The notes under the pieces are model-generated. The model worked only from the letters and a program-made list of their open reading frames with translations, was not told where the DNA came from and searched no databases. The position numbers and the translations under genes are program-made. 21,030 bases of DNA from contig CAXHJY010001382.1 in assembly GCA_964016885.1 (NCBI GenBank), forward strand, positions 1-21,030, in the 5' to 3' direction. This stretch comes from Eledone cirrhosa (Eukaryota). Shown here in pieces: positions 9,887-21,030 of this stretch (its first letter is position 1; each line of letters begins with the position of its first letter).

Positions 9887-10040
9887 GGCGCATGTCTTAG
9901 TGGTTGGAGCATTGGGCTTGCAATCGAAAGGTTGTGAGTTCAATTCTCGGACCGGGTCATGTGTTGTTTCCTTGAGCAAGACACTTTATTTCACGTTGCT
10001 CCAGTTTACTCAGCTGTAGAAATGAGATGATAGCACTGGG
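9887..10040 (+). mobile_element. Second tRNA-derived SINE family (CORE-SINE-like)
   Basis: A-box-like TGTCTTAGTGG 9893-9903, B-box GAGTTCAATTC 9936-9946, then CCTTGAGCAAGACACTTTATTTCAC...CTCAGCTGTAGAAATGAG resembling the CORE domain. Confidence 0.75.
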
Positions 10041-10318
10041 GTCCCTATCATCAAATTACCTAAGACACCTCCAACGAGATATAACTTGGGTGAAGCCAGC
10101 TGAACCTGCATAGGTGTGAGCTGTCACACACATTTAAAAGTGTCTCCCACTCCAAAAATAGGTTTAGTCAGTCTGACAGATTTCCACATCGTTTATATCA
10201 ACTCAGTTTGACTCAAAAGGAGTTATCGAGTTAAGAACAGCCTGATTGAAAAGCGAACTTATTAAGCAAAAATTTTACTTACTGCCCTGTGTTTTTATTA
10301 TAAGATATCAACTAAGAA

Positions 10319-10533
10319 CGGTGGATTGGCAGTATCGGGAGAGGGTCGGACGCCATGCTTTGCAGCATAGAGTTACGACCCTTTATGATCTGAGTTCAAA
10401 TCTCACCGAGGTTAACTTTGCCTTTCATCCTTATGAGGTCGATAAAATAAAGGACCAATCATGCACTGGGGTCGATTTAATCGACTTTCCCCATCTCCAG
10501 ATTTTCCGACCTTGTGCCTATTTAAGAAAATAA
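10319..10533 (+). mobile_element. tRNA-derived SINE, long subtype, with target-site duplication
   Basis: Same family as 4196-4410; TATAAG(A/G)TATCAACTA at 10299-10314 and 10534-10549. Confidence 0.88.
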
Positions 10534-10767
10534 TATAAGGTATCAACTAGATTTTATATAATTATATAATACCCTTCATATCGCCTGTTTCCACTCAGGT
10601 TTCCGAACCGTAAACAACTGATATGCATTACTTTATTCTATTTTATTTATACCTTAGAACGACTTGAATGTTTGATTTTATAACAACTCTGTATTTATAG
10701 CGAAAATATATACTGTATATGTCTCTTTGGTCTGATCTAACGATCAACTTCTTTCCTTTCCGTGTGT

Positions 10768-11408
10768 ATTATATATATGTATATAGGGGCGGTGAATTGG
10801 CAGTATCGGTAGAGGGTCGGACGCCATACTTTCTAGCATAGTTACGTCCTTTTACGGTCTGAGTTAAAATCTCGTCGAGATTAACTTTGCCTTTCATCCT
10901 TACGGGGTCGATAAAATAAAGTACCAGCAATGTACTGGGTATTTGCTGGCCTTGTGCCAATAGTAGAAACAATTATATATATGTATATATAAGGGCGGCG
11001 AATTGGCAGTATCGGTAGAGGGTTGGACGCCATACTTTCTAGCATAGTTACGTCCTTTTACTCTCTGAGTTAAAATCTCGTCGAGATTAACTTTGCCTTT
11101 CATCCTTACGGGGTCGATAAAATAAAGTACCAGTAATGTACTGGGTAATTGCTGGCCTTGTGCCAATAGTAGAAACAATTATATATATGTATATATAAGG
11201 GCGGCGAATTGGCAGTATCGGTAGAGGGTTGGACGCCATACTTTCTAGCATAGTTACGTCCTTTTACGGTCTGAGTTAAAATCTCGTCGAGATTAACTTT
11301 GCCTTTCATCCTTACGGGGTCGATAAAATAAAGTACCATAATAATGTACTGGGTAATTGCTGGCCTTGTGCCAAAAGTAGAAACAATTATACATATATGT
11401 ATATATAT
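10768..11408 (+). mobile_element. Three head-to-tail SINE copies (short subtype), 206-bp period
   Basis: Units start at ~10787, 10993 and 11199; near-identical, joined by ATTATATATATGTATATA linkers. Confidence 0.92.
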
Positions 11409-11629
11409 ATACAACGACAACGACGTTTATGGTGACAATGGAGACTAAGTCAGCCATCTTGCCTGAGAAACGCTGTGGCTAATTTCGCATAACATAATAT
11501 TGATGTGTTTTTCTTGTTTCTGTTGTTGTTGTCTTTTGTTTCTCCCAACCTGTCAAGTCTTAACATTCATTAAATATAGCTCTAGAAAACGAAATACTTA
11601 ATGCAATGCTGGACTTTTGTTTTATTACA

Positions 11630-13430
11630 ATGGTTGTTATTGATGCTGTTGTCGTCGTAGTGGTGGTCGTCGTTGTTGTTGTCGTTGTTGCTATTGTTAT
11701 TGTTGTAGTTGTTGCTGTTGTTGTGGTTGTTGTTATTGTTTCTATTATTGTTGACGTTGCTGTTGTAGTCTTTGTTGTTGTTGTTGTTGTTGTTGCGGTT
11801 GTCGTTGTTGTTGTTGTTAATGTTGTTATTGCTGCTACTGGTGATGATTTTGTTGTTGTTGTTGCTGTTGTCGTTGTTGTTGTAGTTGTTGCTATTGTTG
11901 TAGTTGTTGCTGTTGTTGTGGTTGTTGTTATTGTTTCTATTATTGTTGACGTTGCTGTTGTAGTCTTTGTTGTTGTTGTTGTTGTTGCTGTTGTCGTTGT
12001 TGTTGTTAATGTTGTTATTGCTGCTACTGGTGATGATTTTGTTGTTGTTGCTGTTGTCGTTGTTGTTGTAGTTGTTGCTATTGTTGTAGTTGTTGCTGTT
12101 GTTGTGGTTGTTGTTATTGTTTCTATTATTGTTGACGTTGCTGTTGTAGTCTTTGTTGTTGTTGTTGTTGTTGTTGTTGCTGTTGTCGTTGTTGTTGTTA
12201 ATGTTGTTATTGCTGCTACTGGTGATGATTTTGTTGTTGTTGTTGCTGTTGTTGTTGTAGTTGTGGCTATTGTTGTAGTTGTTGCTGTTGTTGTGGTTGT
12301 TGTTATTGTTTCTATTATTGTTGACGTTGCTGTTGTAGTCTTTGTTGTTGTTGTTGTTGCTGTTGTCGTTGTTGTTGTTAATGTTGTTATTGTTGCTACT
12401 GGTGATGATTTTGTTGTTGTTGTTGCTGTTGTCGTTGTTGTTGTAGTTGTTGCTATTGTTGTAGTTGTTGCTGTTGTTGTGGTTGTTGTTATTGTTTCTA
12501 TTATTGTTGACGTTGCTGTTGTAGTCTTTGTTGTTGTTGTTGTTGTTGTTGTCGTTGTTGTTGTTAATGTTGTTATTGCTGCTACTGGTGATGATTTTGT
12601 TGTTGTTGCTGTTGTCGTTGTTGTTGTAGTTGTGGCTATTGTTGTAGTTGTTGCTGTTGTTGTGGTTGTTGTTATTGTTTCTATTATTGTTGACGTTGCT
12701 GTTGTAGTCTTTGTTGTTGTTGTTGCTGTTGTCGTTGTTGTTGTTAATGTTGTTATTGCTGCTACTGGTGATGATTTTGTTGTTGTTGCTGTTGTCGTTG
12801 TTGTTGTAGTTGTTGCTATTGTTGTAGTTGTTGCTGTTGTTGTGGTTGTTGTTATTGTTTCTATTATTGTTGACGTTGCTGTTGTTGCTGTTGTTGTCTT
12901 TGTTGTTGTTAATGTTGTTATTGCTGCTACTGGTGATGCTTTTGTTGTTGTTGACGTTTTTGCTTTTGTTGTCCTTGTTGTTGTTATTGATGTTGTTGTT
13001 GCTATTGTTGTTGTTGTTGCTGCTGCTGTTGTTGCTGCTAGCGATGCTTTTGTTGTTGTCGTCGTTGTTGCTGCTGCTGCTGTTGTTACTGCTGTTGCTG
13101 TTGTTGCTGTTGCTGTTGTTGTTGTTGTGGTTTCTGTTGTTGTTGTTGCTTTTGTTGTTGCTGTGGTTGCTGTTGCTGTTGTTGTGGTTGTAGCTGTTGT
13201 TGTGGTTGTGGTTTCTGTTGCCGTTGTTGCTGTTGCTTTTGTTGTTGTTGCTGTTGTTGCTGTTGTTGTTGCTGTTGTTGTGGTTGTAGCTGTTGTATGT
13301 TGCTGTTGCTGCTGCTGTTGCTGTTTCTGCTAATAATGCCACTGTTGCTGTTGTTGTTGTTGCTGCCGTTGCTGCTGCTGCTGTTGTTGTTGTTGTTGTT
13401 GCTGCTGGTAATGTTTCTGTTGTTGTTGTC
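11630..13430. repeat. (GTT)n-derived higher-order satellite
   Basis: Marker ACTGGTGATG at 11837, 12026, 12218, 12398, 12584, 12764 and 12929 (spacing 165-192 bp), decaying into cryptic GTT/GCT. Confidence 0.92.
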
Positions 13431-13858
13431 ATTGCTAGTGTTCTTGTTTTACATTTTAATCATTTAATAATATTATCCATTTATTTTTCAAACATAAACG
13501 GAAATAACGTTGTTTTCATTATCACCTGCACATCAATTTCAGAGAAGAACAATAACTGTTGTTGCTGCTGTTGGTGTTGTTGTCGTTGCTCTTGTTGTTG
13601 GTGGTGTTGTTGTTGTCGTTGCTCTTGTTGTTGGTGTTGTTGTTGTTGTCGTTATTATTTTTCAGCAAAGTAATACAAGGACACATGGAGACATATGTGT
13701 AGCACACACGTACCCATACATAGATACATGGGTACACACACATACTGGAGAGAGAGAGAGAGAGAGGGGAGTGAGATAGAGAAAGATACACACGTATATA
13801 TATATATATATATATATACATAAATCTCTCTACATATATATAATATATACACATACAG

Positions 13859-13892
<34 letters not shown>

Positions 13893-13930
13893 GTGTGTGT
13901 GTGTATGTGTGTGTGTATGTATATATATAT

Positions 13931-14081
13931 TTAATGTAGAAAGGCTTCTACAGGACTGATGATTTCTCCTGAATGAAACAGTTCTAGTCTTGTAGAAGCC
14001 TTTTTACATCAAATATTTATACTCTGCTCTGTATTGAACACCTTACTTACTGTGGTTATCCCCGATTGTACCCGAGATAAA
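13931..14081 (+). mobile_element. HHR-bearing element, family H2 copy B
   Basis: CTGATGA 13956-13962, GAAA 13975-13978, helix III ACAG/TTGT, GUA site 13994, then GAAGCC; about 11 nt holding the 5' strand of helix I are missing relative to copy A; inverted repeat 13934-13957/13986-14009; (TA)n flanks. Confidence 0.78.
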
Positions 14082-14172
<91 letters not shown>

Positions 14173-14422
14173 ATATGTATGCACGCATCTCATTTTCACG
14201 GGGTTCTTACATCACTTTTAACATAATTCTCTCTCAATCTGTCTCCCGTCTCGCTTTTTATCTCTCTCGCTATCCTTTTCTACCATTACCATCTTTTTTC
14301 TATCTCTCTATCTCTCTAACTCCATCTTATAGCATTTCTCTGGTACTCTGGTTCTATATTCAAACATTAAGTCAAGTTTATATAAAATGAGTATAGCTCC
14401 CTATATACACACACAATATGGT

Positions 14423-14650
14423 TTACCACTTTCGCATTTAAACCAGCCATATCCGTCCAGAGTTCCCTCACATCTTTCTGTTTAAATTAGCTATAACTGG
14501 CCACTCATACTGATGTTAAGGTATTGTTCTCAAAATAAATAATATCAAAATATCATAGATTCGATACAATGTGAGATAATTATGTGAGGTAAGCCTTTAC
14601 AGTGAAAATATAATAGTAACTATAGAGTAATGTGAATGCTAAAGGGTTAG
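14423..14650. mobile_element. Decayed piggyBac-like MITE
   Basis: Termini TTACCACTTTCGCATTTA and TGAATGCTAAAGGGTTAG are 13/18 inverted matches, consistent with degraded TTAA-CCC...GGG-TTAA ends. Confidence 0.55.
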
Positions 14651-15007
14651 AGTATACTCTAGAATGTCTTTTCACGCCTAATATTATTAAACTCTTATGG
14701 TGCAAAAAGACTGAATTTATTGTATTTCGATCTAAGGAAACAATGCTAGCATTAGTTTATCTACTGTTGATACAATATCACAGTCACAACTCTCAGGAGA
14801 AAGAGCTACATGAATTATCGTGTTTACAACGAGTAGTATACACAACGAGCTGCCTTGTCTAGGAATCGAACACCCGAAACATTAGGCTACGCGTTCACAC
14901 AAACAACCCTCATACACACACAGACTGTATGGATGTATATGTGTATAAATTTATTAATGTTTGTGTGTATGTGAGAGAGAAAGATGTGTGTGTGTCTGTG
15001 TGTCTGT

Positions 15008-15058
<51 letters not shown>

Positions 15059-15241
15059 TGCGTGTGTCCATAGAAATTCGAATAAACTAGCGTATTTATC
15101 TCAATATACAAACGTGAACTATATAGGTATTTACGAGTGTGTATAATATGAATGCCTATATATGAGATCCTGACGCTTTATCTATTCTGCGTTATCTGAG
15201 TGTTCGCGGATTTATATATATATATATATATATATACATAC

Positions 15242-15283
<42 letters not shown>

Positions 15284-15819
15284 ATCCCAATTTGTGCAAA
15301 TTCATTTTGTCTTTGGAAGTATAGTGTGTTTATATACGTTTATGATGTGTGATAGCGTGTGTTGTATATATGTCTGTACGTTTTTATGATTGTGTTTAAG
15401 TCTCTGAATATGTGCAATGTGTGCGTAATCTTTATTTTTTTCTGAAATGCTGTCGTAAATTGAAAATTAATGCGACAACTTGACTACGTTTCGTACATCA
15501 ATAACATAGCTCTGCCTCAAGCGCTAAACTTATTAGATTTGTCACGAACTGTCATCTATAATTATCATAAAAATTGACTTGCGCTCAGAGTGAGTGTTTA
15601 CCAGAGTGACTAATAATATTTCTCAGTTAACATTTCGCATCAACGCAACAATGTAAAAACGCTTCAGCGTGGCAGAGGTAGATAAAGCCAATATTTAGAA
15701 TAGATATATTCATATATATATATATACACACACACATATATATGCATATAAACATATGTAAACATACACATATACATATACACACAAATACATACACACA
15801 TATATATATATGTGTATAT

Positions 15820-15900
15820 ATATATATACAATATATATACAATATATATACATACTATATATATATACATACTATATATATATACAATATATATATATAT

Positions 15901-15936
<36 letters not shown>

Positions 15937-16298
15937 ATATATATATATACAATATATATATATATATATATATATACAATATATATATATATATATATAC
16001 AATATATATATATATATATATATACAATATATATATATATATATATACAATATATATATATATATATACAATATATATATATATATATATACAATATATA
16101 TATATATATATACAATATATATATATATATATATATATACAATATATATATATATATATATACAATATATATATATATATATATATACAATATATATATA
16201 TATATATATACAATATATATATATATATATATACAATATATATATATATATATACAATATATATATATATATATACAATATATATATATATATATACA

Positions 16299-16329
<31 letters not shown>

Positions 16330-16335
16330 ATATAT

Positions 16336-16371
<36 letters not shown>

Positions 16372-16662
16372 ATATATATATATATATATATACAATATAT
16401 ATATATATATATACAATATATATATATATATATATACAATATATATATATATATACACAATATATATATATATATACACAATATATATATATATATATAC
16501 AATATATATATATATATATACAATATATATATATATATACACAATATATATATATATATATACAATATATATATATATATATACAATATATATATATATA
16601 TACAATATATATATATATATACAATATATATATATATATATACAATATATATATATATATAT

Positions 16663-16698
<36 letters not shown>

Positions 16699-17041
16699 AT
16701 ATATATATATATATACAATATATATATATATATATACAATATATATATATATATATATATATACAATATATATATATATATATACAATATATATATATAT
16801 ATACAATATATATATATATATACAATATATATATATATATATACAATATATATATATATATATACAATATATATATATATATATACAATATATATATATA
16901 TATATACAATATATATATATATATATATACAATATATATATATATATATACAATATATATATATATATACAATATATATATACAATATATATATATATAT
17001 ACAATATATATATATATATACAATATATATATATATACAAT

Positions 17042-17072
<31 letters not shown>

Positions 17073-17311
17073 CAATATATATATATATATATACAATATA
17101 TATATATATATATACAATATATATATATATACAATATATATATATATATACAATATATATATATATATACAATATATATATATATATACAATATATATAT
17201 ATATACAATATATATATATACAATATATATATATATACAATATATATATATATACAATATATATATATATACAATATATATATATATACAATATATATAT
17301 ATATATATACA

Positions 17312-17342
<31 letters not shown>

Positions 17343-17588
17343 ATATATATATATATATATACAATATATATATATACATACAATATATATATATACAATA
17401 TATATATATATATATACAATATATATATATATATATACAATATATATATATATATACAATATATATATATATATACAATATATATATATATACAATATAT
17501 ATATATATATATATACAATATATATATATACACAATATATATATATATATATATACAATATATATATATACCCAATATATATATATAC

Positions 17589-17640
<52 letters not shown>

Positions 17641-17676
17641 ATATATATATATACACAATATATATATATATACACA

Positions 17677-17707
<31 letters not shown>

Positions 17708-18287
17708 ATATATATATATATATATACACAATATATATATATATATACACAATATATATATATATATATACAACATATATATATATATACAACATATATA
17801 TATATATATATACAACATATATATATATATATACAACATATATATATATATAGAATATATATATATATACAATATATATATATATATATATATACAATAT
17901 ATATATATATATATATACAATATATATATATATACAATATATATATATATATACAATATATATATATATATACAATATATATATATATACAATATATATA
18001 TATATACAATATATATATATATATATACAATATATATATACAATATATATATATATATATATACACAATATATATATATATACAATATATATATACAATA
18101 TATATATACACAATATATATATATATACAAATAATATATATATATACAATATATATATATATACAATATATATATACAAACAATATATATATATACAATA
18201 TATATATATATACAATATATATATATACAAACAATATATATATATATACAATATATATATATATACAAATAATATATATATATACAA

Positions 18288-18320
<33 letters not shown>
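15820..18320. repeat. [(TA)n-CAA]m compound satellite
   Basis: About 2.5 kb of TA runs punctuated by CAA and variants. Confidence 0.95.
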
Positions 18321-18321
<1 letters not shown>

Positions 18322-18389
18322 CGAATGAAACAATTATAGTCTGTAGAAATCTGAATAAAATGAAGATACACACACAGACACACAAACAC

Positions 18390-20149
<1,760 letters not shown>

Positions 20150-20741
20150 GGTGGCTGCCAACTCGTTTTCGAGTACGGCCACTACTTTATATCCATGTAG
20201 GAGAACCCCTACCGATGCGCCAAACAAGTGTGACTTTTTAGTCCAGCCAGCGACTTGAAAACTCTGGTACAAACACTACACCTGTGACAATTATTGACAC
20301 ATAGTGCTGGGCCCATGGCACCATGTGACGACAAGTGCAGAGAGATCTCCAGATATAAAGCAATGCCTGTGCCGTGAAGCTTTTATAGTGAGCAAAGGCA
20401 CTGCACAAAGCCAGTCCCACTCTCTTAACCAAGATGATATTTACCAAAAAGAAGAACGAGTCAACATCATTGGATACCATCAGGGTTGCAGGTGTTATAT
20501 CAGAGTTTTCCTTCTCCTAGAATTCTGCCTTGACAAAGGCTAACGGGTCATCTCTCCCGGTGATTTTGGATGGCCATTGACTCTTAAGAGCTCCTTTGCC
20601 GTTTGACAGGTTTTGTTTTTAGTCCTGCAGGATGCCCAAAGTCACCCTCCTCACCATGAAACCTTGGAGTCGCCAACGACCCGACCATGAGACAGGTTGT
20701 ACTGGGATACATGTTGCCAGTAGCACCAACTGGTGACCTGA
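20150..20741 (-). mobile_element. Probable internally deleted (bipartite) non-autonomous RTE-BovB-type element
   Basis: Minus strand: motif CTAGGAGAAGGAAAACTCTGA (~20521-20501) that I recall from RTE 5' UTRs; C2H2 finger [23 protein letters not shown] (20280-20209); terminal stem-loop GTGGCCG-T-ACTCG-AAAA-CGAGT-TGG-CAGCCAC; then (AT)n. Confidence 0.65.
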
Positions 20742-20809
20742 CATATATATACATACATACATACATGCATATATATACATATATACATTAATGTATATAT
20801 ATATATATA

Positions 20810-21030
20810 GGGGGGGGGGGGTAAAATTCCAGAGATCCATGGACGAGTTCTCTCCAGCGGTCTCTGTCCCTCATTATCGCTGCCATGTCCTGCGTCTCCA
20901 ACAGACCAGTATCTGTCCTTAGGGCATCAACATACGTTAACCTTGGTCTTCCTCTTCCATTGTGTCCATGTAGGGGCTCCCACAGGAGCACTGAGTGCAA
21001 TGTCAACTCTGGATGTCGGTAAGCATGTCC
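20810..21030 (-). mobile_element. RTE-clade LINE 3' end, second copy (runs off window)
   Basis: About 8 substitutions in ~210 bp relative to 5789-5999; ends in a C run followed by (TA)n. Confidence 0.88.

Noticed and set aside
9887-9955. tRNA gene
   Set aside because: No full cloverleaf, and it continues into a SINE body.
10768-11408. CRISPR-like regular repeat
   Set aside because: Whole 206-bp SINE units with no unique spacers, in a eukaryotic context.
11582-13432. 616-aa Asn-rich and 575-aa Val-rich ORFs
   Set aside because: AAC and GTT codons need at least two changes to become stops and triplet slippage keeps frame, so open frames are expected without selection.
15481-15502. Minus-strand TTGATGTACGAAACGTAGTC, HHR-like
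   Set aside because: Core incomplete, with no helix II or helix I.

Overview
Repeat-dominated, AT-rich eukaryotic non-coding DNA (intron or intergenic). The SINE and MITE sequences resemble repeats I recall from octopus genomes; this assignment is an inference. No host protein-coding gene can be supported, and nearly all listed ORFs are microsatellite artefacts. Contents: (TA)n, (GT)n, (GA)n and (GTT)n microsatellites; three higher-order satellites; seven tRNA-derived SINE copies (two with target-site duplications, three in a 206-bp tandem array); two MITEs; three RTE-clade LINE pieces; a 261-bp identical inverted duplication; and a ~344-bp palindrome. The main signal is eight type I hammerhead-ribozyme (HHR) motifs between ~2050 and ~14000, in short elements lodged beside (TA)n tracts, as expected for Penelope-like (PLE) pseudo-LTR or retrozyme remnants. 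Four have an intact core plus helices I and II (3398-3504 +, 7913-8000 -, 8103-8190 +, 8364-8470 -). Several carry a built-in antisense arm that would block ribozyme folding. All structures were paired by eye; none was computed or tested.
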